DNA of 61,460 bases, the filler included, from Rhabdomonas costata (Eukaryota): NCBI GenBank assembly GCA_019059605.1. It is 23 parts of 23 records of this genome, joined end to end, with 100 filler letters (N's around TTAATTAATTAA, not from the genome) between each part and the next. Parts side by side here need not be neighbours in the genome. Positions count along the whole stretch, not along the records: positions 48,201 to 50,773 come from JAHMHO010002800.1; positions 50,874 to 53,446 come from JAHMHO010002801.1; positions 53,547 to 56,117 come from JAHMHO010002802.1; positions 56,218 to 58,789 come from JAHMHO010002803.1; positions 58,890 to 61,460 come from JAHMHO010002804.1; 18 more parts are not named here. One strand, given 5' to 3'. Below, one piece after another: positions 50,505-61,460 of the stretch; within the stretch, counting starts at the first letter, position 1, and every line of letters starts with the position of its first letter. The position numbers and the translations under genes are program-made. The notes beneath the pieces are model-generated. The model did not search any database and was not told the DNA's origin. It saw only the letters and a program-made list of their open reading frames with translations.

Positions 50505-53288
50505 CTGCGCAGGTGAGCGTTTGTTTGCTTGTGGTTGGGCACAAGTGCACTTTCCAGCTTCCCATACAAGAGGTAGTGTCTCTTTTGGCGTGCCTGCCGT
50601 GGATACCTGAGGCACACGGCTCTCACACGAACATACACCTTCCAAACGGCAAACGTCGAAGGACATCCCCGCTGCCTCAACTCACTTCCATATTTTAGCA
50701 TGCCAAGGTAGGCTGACTACACCCCCACCGGACCCAGCTCAAGGACGACAACGAAGGACCCCCACCACCCCACNNNNNNNNNNNNNNNNNNNNNNNNNNN
50801 NNNNNNNNNNNNNNNNNTTAATTAATTAANNNNNNNNNNNNNNNNNNNNNNNNNNNNNNNNNNNNNNNNNNNNGATTGGGAAAGAGAGGGAGTTTCAACT
50901 TAATTTCTACCGAATCAGCAAAGTACTTTGTAAAGTAACTAAGTATCAGTAAACCGGGCCCTGAGCCCAGTACGAGGTTCGGGAGACCGAGCCCTCTCAC
51001 ATTGCATAACAAGTCTGAATCTCCAGTCGCTCGAAGAGCAACATGACAGATGGCAACACCAAACATCTCAGAAGGCCGCCCTGTCGATAGCAGCATTCCG
51101 TTACGCACCTGAGTTTTGCGGCCGCTTTGTCGTACGAGTCGAGGAATTCAAGCTGCAGAACAGCAGGTTAACCCGAGGGCAGGTCACCCTCGGACAAGTC
51201 GAACTACGGAGGTTTACAGCATCTTGCCACACAAGTAAATCGGACAGATTTTTCACCAGATTTTGACCCCAATTCAAAGGCTCTTTCTGATCTTTCGCAC
51301 AGCCGAAAAAATAGAATTTGTCTTTTACATCAATTTCAGCTTTAGCTATCCTCCAAGTACCGGAAAAATGGCCGTCAATATTAGTGCAAACCACACGGAA
51401 ACTCCAAATTTGTCGCATAAGAATTCACCAAATGATTGAACGGAGCGTTAGAACTCAGCGGATATTTCCGACTAAGTGGGTGATTTATTTCATGTGTACC
51501 ACAACACCTGTAACCACAGTCGCACGAGACGGAGCGGCAATTATCAGCGCGTGTTTCCATTGACAACTGGAATAGTTGTCACTCAAATGCTGGATTCTGG
51601 GCAACTAGATAGCTGAATGGTTTGTCATACCATATATCTGAGCGATATTCAGCCGGATTTCTCATCTGACGCTGGAAAGGACGAGCTAAGTTTTTGAGGT
51701 ACATCAGAACTAAGTTATTGATGTAGATGTGTAACTCTGATCCTAGTATACAGTGCCTCCAAACAAGTATTGCATATCAATTTAATGCACCTGGTAGTTA
51801 TTTTGTGTTATTTTTGCTTCGTCTAGAGGCCATTTACCTGACTAGGCACTATATCCGAATCCTACTGCTACAGCGTGGCCACAACTCACGTTTGACGCGT
51901 CTATGTGTAAAATATATGACTTCCTAATGTCAAGGTGAATAAAAATGACCTGGAAAAGGCTCAACTTCAATAACTTAAAAGCCTGATGCTGTTCTGGCAA
52001 CCAGTAGGGTTGTAGTTTAGTAGTAGTTTGCCACAAACCCCTTTTAGAATACACAGAGGCCCAGAAAGCTCCTGATGTCTGTGACGTCTTTTGTAACTGG
52101 CCAGTGTCTGATGTCGAGGAGCCTCTGGCTGTGGTTTAATACGAGCTCTTCCAAGGATGCAACGGCAGTAATCTACCTATGGATGCGTCAATATGCACTT
52201 GAATGGTCCCTAGAAAAAGAAGCGATCTGGTTGTAATCATGGTGGGAGCTTCCATCAAAAGAGATATTGGTACTCATTATTGAGCTTGATCACATATGGT
52301 TGAATCGGAGCTTTCTTAACTGGAGGGTCACTGGTTTTCTAGATTTTTGCTAAGCTCATGAACTTCTTTGCGCAGATACAACTTATTAACATTCCCCATT
52401 TCATTTCGTGGTCGGCGGCGAGCAGCACACGCCTTTCAATATTGCAATTTCCACATCTTCCAGACTGTTGAAATCAGACATGGAGGATAGCGGCTCCTCC
52501 ATTGATATGTGCTGGATTACATCTGGTGGTTTGGGTGCTGGCTGAGGAGGAGCTCTTTGCGCTCCATGTAGTATATCTGATAAATTGACCGCGGCAAGTT
52601 AAAATTGCTTGAAATAGCAATATGTGGAGAATTGCAATGAGAAGCATTTTTCAATTTGGTAGCTAAATGGAAGATTACGCATGCAGTACCTCCAAATTCA
52701 CCGTGATCTCGGTTTTGATTTCGATTACTTCTTGTGCAAGATGCTCTAAAATACCAAGAGCTACATAGTGTTTCAAAACCAAACCAACTACACATGATCC
52801 AAAACGAACTTCACTTCACACACCAAAGTAAGTTGTGTAACAACTCACAATGGGTTGTCGAAATGTACTCCAACAGTTATTGCGCCACCAGATCACCTTT
52901 ATTTACGTCGTAGTCCATAATTTAGTGATTGCACAGCAAGATATTCACACATTTCCTCGGTATTCATGTAGTATGTGTAAGCAATCTCTATCCAACCAAG
53001 ATGTGGTGCTTCAACTCCAAGCCACTTTGAGTGTAAATGCGACAATACATGCAGGTAGATGTGACAAAGGCCAAGTATTTCCGAATGAGCGCATTTTATC
53101 CGGATTCAGTAACACGTCTTCTGCACTGGACATGTCAGAACATGCGGCAACGTGGTGGATCGTCGTGGCAAAACAGCCTTGCTTCTGAGACATTTTACCA
53201 GCATATAAATCTTCTGCGTAGCAGAAAAATGTGTTCCAAGCACAAATTTGGTTGAATAGGGCCCCACAACCTTCAAATGTTTGGAAAT

Positions 53289-53446
53289 TTTGGCGTTTGA
53301 TCAATGGAATTCAGTTTATGGTTATTATTATTCAGAAGGATTAACGGATTGTGGGAGGTAATATAGTGACATCACAATTGCCTTCGAAGTATTCACAAGA
53401 ATAATAATAACCATAAACTGAATTCCATTGATCAAACACCAAAACA
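53289..53446. repeat. Contig-terminal fold-back inverted repeat (artefact); smaller ones at 13198-13273 and 53551-53605
   Basis: 53289-53333 is the reverse complement of 53399-53444, with one C->T change in the outermost bases. Confidence 0.9.
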
Positions 53447-55312
53447 NNNNNNNNNNNNNNNNNNNNNNNNNNNNNNNNNNNNNNNNNNNNTTAATTAATT
53501 AANNNNNNNNNNNNNNNNNNNNNNNNNNNNNNNNNNNNNNNNNNNNTGGTGTTTTCCCCAAAACCTTTCGCGGAGGCTGTTGCAGAAAAAGGTTTTGGGG
53601 AAAACGAGAATTTATAGTCAATACCAACGCATTGTGATCATCGATTTCAGTAGCCCGCAGAAAAGTCTACAAACAAATTCATATCGATACCTGCAATTTC
53701 CCAGAAGATGAATGCACACATTTTGAACTCAGCAGGATTTTGCTTCAAATTCAGAATAATTGGGATGCAATTTTTTGGGACACGCACCATGCCACGCCAC
53801 CGGAACGAACTTTTTCCAAAGCCAAGCTTACTATCGATGCCCTTCCGAACTGCGTGGAAAGACACGTACGGTCGGTCCGTTTTGAAGTGTGATTTCGAGC
53901 AATGCGTTGAGGCCGCACTCTTGCTCCAGTTGATGGGGCACCTTTCTGCAGGCTTTGGCTGCTGCCTGATCAATCAGGTCCAGCAAACTTGAGCCACACG
54001 AGGCCATTTGGCGGCGGAATCCCCCAAATGTCTGGTGGAAGGCATAGTCAGCACCCGAAGGAAGGCGCTGGCCGGCCTACAAAAAAATGGATCACCCAGG
54101 ACTCTCAAGAGCAAATCCCAGGAAAAACCGAAGACAATAGTGGTGCTCGGACTGCGACCATAGGCCACCAGCCCCCGGCCGGACTGCTGAGAATCATCTG
54201 GTCATTTGGGGACAAGATGCTTATCGTTAATCGTTAATCTGCGAGCTACTCGCCTTTGCGCAGTATCTTGGTTGTCGTCAGAAAAAGCATATTTTCACTC
54301 ACATGGAAACGACAACCCAGGAAAGTACTTTCATTATGTTCTTTGAGTGAGGGCAGGATAAGCCCGAGAAGAAGAAGGCCCACGAGCCCCAGTGTGTAAA
54401 AGAAAAAGCATTAAAAAAAAACTCCACACAAAGCTGCAAGATGACTTTCTTTTACCCCCCGCCACCGCTACACCTTCATGCTCATGGTGACGGCGCGGAG
54501 CAACTCATCGGAAAACTCAGCAGAGCCCGGGACAGCTTCCCCAGAGGACACTGTCTCCTCCCCTGCCTGCAGGCCCCCGCTGCCTGCGGAGGACCCTGTA
54601 AAAAGGGTGCACCGTGGCGCTGTGCTTGCATTCCAGCCATTGTTTTTGTCTAGTCGGATCTACCAGTCTGTTCCTCGCTTTCGCTGGAAATTTTTTGTGT
54701 GAAAGACGCGACTTGTCAGACTAAGTAGTATAGGCTCTTCAGGTAACATTCTTCTGGAAAACAAACCTTGCCTCGATGATGAGCTTGCCTCTCCACCGGC
54801 CCCACGAGGCATTGTGGCACCAGAAAAGATCTGTAGAGCGTAGAGAAAAGAACAGAGGGAGGAAGCAACTGAAGCAACCACTCAAAGCAAAAACAAAACA
54901 AAATAAAATAAAATTAGCTGTCGGGTTGAGCAGCACCATCAAAGGATGAACTCAGCGTTAGACGGAGACTAAGAGATACTCTGCATAAAAATCTTGACTG
55001 GGGCGATTGTTGACTTTCCGAGAAAACCACCTCATCCCAGGATTTCGCCGCAGCCACTCAAATCATCTCAAACTACATCCGACAGTTTCAATTTCAGCAG
55101 AGAAAATGCATGGGACTAGCCAGCTGCTGTTCAGAGCCAGCCTGCCTCAGTCCACACCACAACACCCATGCCCTTCAGCCTGGAGGACGTGGCTGAGAGT
55201 GCAAAGAGACAGTTCTCACCGTCACTTCGCCGCGCAGCATTGCTTCTTAATCAGGAAGACCCCGCACTGCTCTCCACCTGCGCTGTTGGGGGTGAAAGCG
55301 ATGACCCGGCAA

Positions 55313-55678
55313 TCACGGAGGTCGCTGAAATATGCTGGGCAAGGACTCCCCAATCTCCGCCCATCCATAGCGCAGGTGGGGGTCCAGCACCCTCCCGTAA
55401 GGGAAGAACCTCCCGTAGCTCTGGGGGTACTCCGTGGGACACCACGAGTCGCCCTCCCAAACTCCACCCTGGCCCGACTCCAATGAGGAGCCACCGCCAA
55501 GCCGTACCTCGCCTGCCGCGGCCCAGCACTGGAAGTCGCGGTAGGGGTGCAGCACAAAGGGCCGCAAGGATCGCCAGCCCGCGGTCAGGCCAAATCCAGA
55601 ATGCATCAGCACAAGGTGGGTGCACAGCTCGGCCAGGGCGTAGTGCTCCAGGAGGATGTTCTGCAGCGCAAGCTCCAC
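55313..55678 (-). CDS. Fucosyltransferase-like (GT-B fold) C-terminal exon
   Basis: NILLEHYALAELCTHLVLMHSGFGLTAGWRS resembles fucosyltransferase motif III (D/E...L..C...V...S.FG..A); AG acceptor at 55679-80. 3' end uncertain. Confidence 0.5.
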   Translation of the reverse strand: MELALQNILLEHYALAELCTHLVLMHSGFGLTAGWRSLRPFVLHPYRDFQCWAAAGEVRLGGGSSLESGQGGVWEGDSWCPTEYPQSYGRFFPYGRVLDPHLRYGWAEIGESLPSIFQRPP

Positions 55679-57339
55679 CTGCACAGCCCAACGTCAGACG
55701 CACAAAGAAGGAAACCAAAAACGAAATACTGTCAGGGGGCCCATTACTTACACACACAATCTCTCTCCCACTCCACTCTTGGGCATCCAGGATCTGTTCT
55801 GTTTGGGAGGTCAAAAGTGACCAATGCCCCATTTCAAACTGCTCGTGTTTCACTCTGGAGTAAAAAAGGCAAAGCCGAAGCAGGCCTGCAATTCTTTTGA
55901 CTTTACAATAGACCTTCCGAAGCGCTGGGGAGCCGGTCACGGCAAGGGTCACGGTTTCCTAACGCTCTACCTCGCAATCCCATTGCACGCGTACTGCTTC
56001 AGCAGATGAACTTCCCTCAAATCCCAGACTCCCAACAATTACCGCCAGATCCAAAGAGGGTGCAGAAACAGGTTTCCCGCAAACACAAGGACGCAGAACC
56101 TTCTCTCCCCCACCCCCNNNNNNNNNNNNNNNNNNNNNNNNNNNNNNNNNNNNNNNNNNNNTTAATTAATTAANNNNNNNNNNNNNNNNNNNNNNNNNNN
56201 NNNNNNNNNNNNNNNNNGGGGGTGGGGGTAGGCCTGCATTCTCTTTCACAGAGACACGCACAGACAGCGAGAGAGCGAGATACAGAGAGTGACGGATGGG
56301 GACGCGGTGAGACTCAAAAGGTGCGTTCTGTGTCGCACTCAGCTGCGCCGATGGCAAGAATGGCCTGTCTCTCGCGAAAGTGTGGTAGGTAAGAGAAAAG
56401 GTCACACAAAGGCAAGGCACAAGCTCGGCGCTGCTTGCCTTGGGGGAGTGTAGGTGAGGAGCCATACGGCCGTGACAACTGTCCCGCGTACACACCCACG
56501 ATGAGGTAGACGTCCTCGGTTTTGATTTTCCCCAAAATGTACACCATTCAGAACTTAAGCTACTGCGACCTCCAAGGACCGGGACTCGGTCCCCAGAAGA
56601 GCGCAGTCTGCAACCGAATAGTGATGCGGTTCTGTCCTTGTAGTGACAGGTGACGGTAACCGTAAGCTTCTGCCGACCCAAGCGAGCCTCGGGGCTTTCT
56701 TGCATTAGAAAAAGGAGTCCGACGGCTAAAGATCACTTCGAAAGAAAATAGCTCCTGTTTTTGACACTCCTGAGCCCTGAACCCAAGAACGCTATGACCC
56801 AGTTTCCTCTTTGCCACAGCAAACAGGTCATTGCTCTAAACCAAACCAAATCGTAAAGAAGACAACTTCACACATCAATGAGGGCACAACAGTGCCGGAA
56901 ACGTACATGGAATCAGCACCGGGGTAACACTACGAACAGGGGTCAACTTTACCACAGAGAGAAAAAAGGTGGTGAAACCGTAGACAAGGGCCACGGGTTC
57001 ACGTCCACGATCCGCGACGGTTTTACACACAAAAACTCAAAACAGCAGAACACAGTGAGAGCGTCCAGTCAGAGACAACAAACGAACCGAAAGCAAAAAT
57101 GATCGAACAGATGGTGGATATATATCCTTCAGCAGCCTAAAGCCACTCCAATGCACGCGACACACCAAATGCAAAGAACACAAAGACATAAAAGAACAGT
57201 GCACCTTATCACCGCATTCCCTTCCAACCCGCAGCGGAGCCACATCAAGCACTGGGACCAAAGCTCCTCGAAGGTTATCAATTTTCCCCTCCTATCTCCT
57301 CGGACACACCCCTCTGAACTGCAGGAACTACCCGCAACC

Positions 57340-58445
57340 GTAGGGAAGAAACCCGACGCCGGAGAGCGCCTCCTGAGACTGCCGCTTCCACTGCCCGGGG
57401 ACAGGCTCAGCCCGGGGCTCAGGCTGCCCGGGGACAGGCTCAGGCTGGGGCTGCGGCTGCGAACAGGCTGCGGCGACGCCGAGCCTGAGGGCTGGAGCGG
57501 CGCAAGCGCCGCGATCACCACCGACACGTTGTCCGTGGTGTTCCTCGCGAAGCTGAGGTTAACCAGGCGGTTCACCGCATCCTCGGCCCGCCCCGCCGGC
57601 AGAATCGTCTCCGCGCACTGCTTCGGGGACACCACGTCCCAAACCTGAAGAATGAACAACCCAAAAACCGCAACCAGGTATCGAGGCCTGGCCTGACCCC
57701 AGACCTGCATCCTTTCGAAGCCCAAGCGGAAGCAGAAATCCCGGAAATAGATGCTGCCTTCTGCGAGCATCCCCCGATTCCCCCAAAGAGCCTCGCAGCA
57801 TCCATAGCCCGCAGCACCTACGCTAATGACAGAAAATCCTTGTGCCCACCCAAGGTTGCCAATGTTGGCTGATCAACCCCAGCGCTGCGCTGCGGTGAGA
57901 AAAAACCAAAAAGAGAAAGGTGCGGGTTCCGGGCTTGCCAGCAGCACTTCCATCCAAATCGCACATACGCCAATCCACGGGAGGGGGTGAGAATGAACCC
58001 CAAAAAAACATACCCCGTCGCACGCCAGCACAATGTACTTCATGTCCGGAGTGATGGGGAAGCTGCTGACGTCGGGGATGCCGCTGCACACCAACGCGCG
58101 AATGCAGAAACGAAAAAATAGTCCGAGGCATGCACTGAAAAAACGTTTCAGAACCATTTGTGCACAGGTGAAGCCAAAGCAATCCATCCAACGCGGATTG
58201 CCCGCGAGCCCAAAGAACCGATCTCACATTGGTGGGAGGAAAGAACCCCCGCACCAACAAGCACGGGTGACCCAAAACCAACCTGACGGCGGGGATGGGC
58301 TCCTTCGCGGGCAGGTCCCCAATGGCCCGCGTCATAGCAAGGCCCCCGGGGTATACCCGGTCGCAGTCCCCGGGGTGGTCCTTGCCGATCTGCCCCCCAG
58401 ACTGCCGCACCCGCGCCGCCTCCGAGGGCAAGCTGGGCGTATGGT
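57340..58445 (-). CDS. Protein phosphatase 2C (PPM family), partial; exons 58445-58283, 58083-58014, 57644-~57340
   Basis: DHTPSLPSEAARV..GG, RVYPGGLAMTRAIGD, AVS|GIPDV, YIVLACDG|VWDVVS, TTDNVSVV; Ser/Pro-rich tail. Confidence 0.93.
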
Positions 58446-58889
58446 CTGCAACACACACAAGAAAGAAAGAAAGAAAGAAAGAAAGAAACCAGGCACAGCC
58501 CAAGCAGGCCCCGGTAAGGAATGAGAGAGAGCAGGTGCACGGCTCCTGCAAAAAAAAAAAAACAAGGGCGGAAGCTTCAGATTGCTGCAATCTTTTCCCG
58601 CAGAGATGGCTTGAGAGTAACAAGAAGGAGCGAAAAGCTTCTGCTTCACTTTTTCTCGATTTGACAGATTCTGTGGCCGTGTGGTCTTTCACACACAAAA
58701 ATTAGCAAAGAAGGCAGAGGCCATCCCAGGCGCCCCCTTCTGCAAAGACTTCCATGGTCGATATCCCTTATTTTCTTCTCCCACCAACANNNNNNNNNNN
58801 NNNNNNNNNNNNNNNNNNNNNNNNNNNNNNNNNTTAATTAATTAANNNNNNNNNNNNNNNNNNNNNNNNNNNNNNNNNNNNNNNNNNNN

Positions 58890-61213
58890 TGTGGGTGTGT
58901 TTGGGTTTTTGTGGGGAACGCAGGCTTCCACTCCTTCGCATTGGGGTTCAGGGTGGTGGACCCAGCCTGATCGTGAAGGAGAATAATAGCAGTGTAAAAG
59001 GAGAAAACGTCATCAAGAACGGGAGAACGAAAACACACTTGGTGGGAAAATTTCCACTCCAAAGGTCTCATTGCACCGCCTCTAGTACCGCTTTCTATGT
59101 GATGTTTTGTTTTGCCTGTGAATACCGTTTCCCATCAAATTTAACCCTCACTTTTTCTGATGATCACGGTGCTCTTCAACGTTTCCGCGTGCTTTTGCAA
59201 ACCCCCCGCTACACTCTCACTATGATCTCATGAACGTTTTGGAGAGGTTAAACGGTAACTTCAAAAATGCGAACCCAATCGTCCGATCGTGACCTGAACT
59301 TCTGGCAGCAGCACTTTCTGTCAAGATTGGGCACTAAACCGAGGGAGAAGTTTCCTCTTAGTCTTTTGGTCTCTTGGTCTCAACTGCAGCTTCCGGGGAT
59401 ACCTGAAAGGCTGAAGCTCCCACCTTGTGGCGGTGACGGTGACTAATATTAGGACTGTGTACGGCGGGCGGGTGAGAGATTGGGTGATCTGAAAATGCTA
59501 TACAGTTCTGGTGAGGGGTGTGCTTCGCTGATGACGTCTCTTTTGCTCCTCGCCTCGAGCGCTTAGAGTGACTTAGAGTGAGACGAAAGAACCCACACCA
59601 TCAAAAAAGAAGAAGAAAGAGCACCCACAAAAAACACCTCTCTCCCCGAGGGCGAAGGGGTGGCGGGAGAAGGGAAGGGCAAGCCTGATTCGACGCCCTC
59701 TCGGAGTCGGAGCCGTCCTCGGAGTCCGGGGTGGAGGGGGCCAGGTCGTTGTCGTCGTCGTGCTGCTGCCCGGAGCGGAAGTCAGAGGCCAGGGGCCGCA
59801 CACCACCCGCTCCAGCACGCTGCCCAAACCGTTGCGCCACTTCGCGTTCCCCTGATAGAAAAACGAAGAAGAAGGTTTTTAGTGGAGACTCTTGATCAAT
59901 CAACTCCCTCTCACCTCATCGTACCCAAAAAATCCCCCAATAAAATACGCTTCTCCCTTCATGCGTCCATTCTTGTTTCACTCTGGTTTTGTCTTACCCC
60001 ATCAGATCCCACACGTTCCTAGTGTGAATTGTTTGTTTAGACCTGCACTCAACCGGTGCAACAACTCCTCCAAGTCTGTGTGTGCGCGCCCTGGCCACTG
60101 GGGGGACGGGACTGGCCGGCGGGTCGGGAAGCAGGCTCAAGGCTGCTGTTTCTGGTCGACTCACATTCGTCACAGGTACTATTTTTTTTTTGCTGCCGTG
60201 CACATATGCACTAAAACAGAAAGCTCACACCTTGCAGCTACATTATCATTTGCACATGTCGCGTGCTCAATACAGGCGATCCATGACATGCATCTCTTGC
60301 AAGGGAACTAAGTTGAATGAGAAAGAAGTTGTTCCAGTTGAACTCGCACTCGCCACTTCCGTGTACCCCTCTCCCCAACCCTAACCCCTCCTCCTGCAGA
60401 CCGTCGTGGCTGTTCAGGATCGTCGAGATGCTCGCTCCAGACCTCTGCGCGGCGGCATCCTTGGACATCTTGGCAATCTGCGCACGTCAGGCATCACAGC
60501 AGTTAGTGCCACTATTACAGCCTGCACCACCGCGCCAGCGGAAACAAGGCTGAGGAACGACGCCTATTTATGACCTCGGGCATACTTCGGCTTCGTGCTT
60601 CGGCTTTGCCCTCACCTTACACTCCAATGGAAGAAGCCTTTCACGCAATCGCAGTGGTCTGTGAGGGCTGCGATGTTGTTGAGACCCACGGAGCTGAGGT
60701 GAACTTTAATCACCTCTCTCCCCTCAATAATCGAGTGCTGTGTGCCACGCTAAACAGTGTTCCTCCGTTTTTTCTTCCCTTCACCTTTACTTACATTCCC
60801 CCCATCCCCTCCCCCTCATCCCTCTTTCCTCCATCTCGTCTCTCCTCCTGCGCATTTCACATTTCGAATTGCAGGCCTTTTCATTCCATTGTGGCTTCTT
60901 GTGGATTCTGACTGCAGGGTGCACATTGCAATAAACACTTCTGGAACTCTTTTGAAGAGTGAGCGCGACCTGGTTCATCGAGATTTCCTGGTGGCCGTGG
61001 GCCCCGGTGGACGGTGCCCCCGTCGCTGTGGAGCCGCCCTCGGCCTGCGCGCCGAAGCTCTTCTTGTGCTTGCTGTCGAAGTTGGTGGAACACTTCTTGA
61101 GGGACTTGATCTCCTCTTCGCGGCGGCTGTGCTTGGGACGGCTCTCCTTCTTCTCCTTATCCCACTTCGCGAACTCGGCCTGCCCGTACCTCCCGCTGGC
61201 ACTCACCTTCGCC
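58890..61213 (-). CDS. Ataxin-2/PBP1-like PAM2-motif protein, partial; exons 61213-60970, 60477-60402, 59851-59685, 58966-58890
   Basis: PAM2 motif STTLNPNAKEWKP; REEEIKSLKKCSTNFD resembles the Ataxin-2 I..LKKF...F segment; exon phases compatible. An extra exon near 60043-60136 is possible. Confidence 0.6.
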
Positions 61214-61460
61214 CTGCGCAAACCCCAAGTGACCTACCGCGAGGTTTCCCTAGTCATTGGAGGGGGGAGGAGCGTGTGGAGGGGGGGAGTCTTCAGCCGG
61301 TTTACATTTCGATTTGTTGAAACAGTTCGCGTCTTCCGGCAGCTGCTGGCAGCCCTTCCCTCCCCCACCCAGGACCCAGGATGGACGAACAAGTGGGAAC
61401 AAGCACAAAGCACTTGAAAACACTCGCAGAACGCAAAACATCTAGCACGTCCAACACAAA

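Noticed and set aside
58084-58282. Apparent missing acceptor in the PP2C intron
   Set aside because: gtgtgcag|C gives the in-frame AVS-GIPDV; canonical.
2576-58889. Regularly spaced identical TTAATTAATTAA units as a CRISPR-like array or biological repeat
   Set aside because: Embedded in fixed N44 pads; a six-frame-stop concatenation linker.

Overview
This is not one continuous locus. It is 23 unrelated ~2.57-2.64 kb contigs joined by an artificial 100-nt linker (N44-TTAATTAATTAA-N44). Contig ends are G/T-rich at the 5' end and A/C-rich at the 3' end, and six carry fold-back inversions, which points to whole-genome-amplified DNA. The genes are intron-rich and eukaryotic. A stand-alone C-terminal half of SdhB (split SDH2), splice acceptors just before start codons (SL trans-splicing pattern) and a non-GT-AG intron with paired ends together suggest a euglenozoan, most likely a euglenid (inference). 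Exon-level models were built by hand for: F-box/LRR proteins (x2), YajO-like aldo-keto reductase, SPF45/RBM17, PI4K-beta, WD40, IQ, EF-hand and RING proteins, TMEM245-like, RAY1-like glycosyltransferase, MBL-fold hydrolase, dynamin-related GED, SDH2C, hemerythrin, PP2C and Ataxin-2/PBP1-like, plus a decayed Ty3/Gypsy element. The best novelty candidate is a 449-nt MITE-like, terminal-inverted-repeat-bounded non-conventional intron at 14934-15382 that splits the conserved AKR motif EYI|DLY exactly. Also notable: several GC-AG introns, a circularly permuted exon order in the MBL gene, and TMEM245 exons on opposite strands. No prokaryotic defence, CRISPR or operon system is visible.
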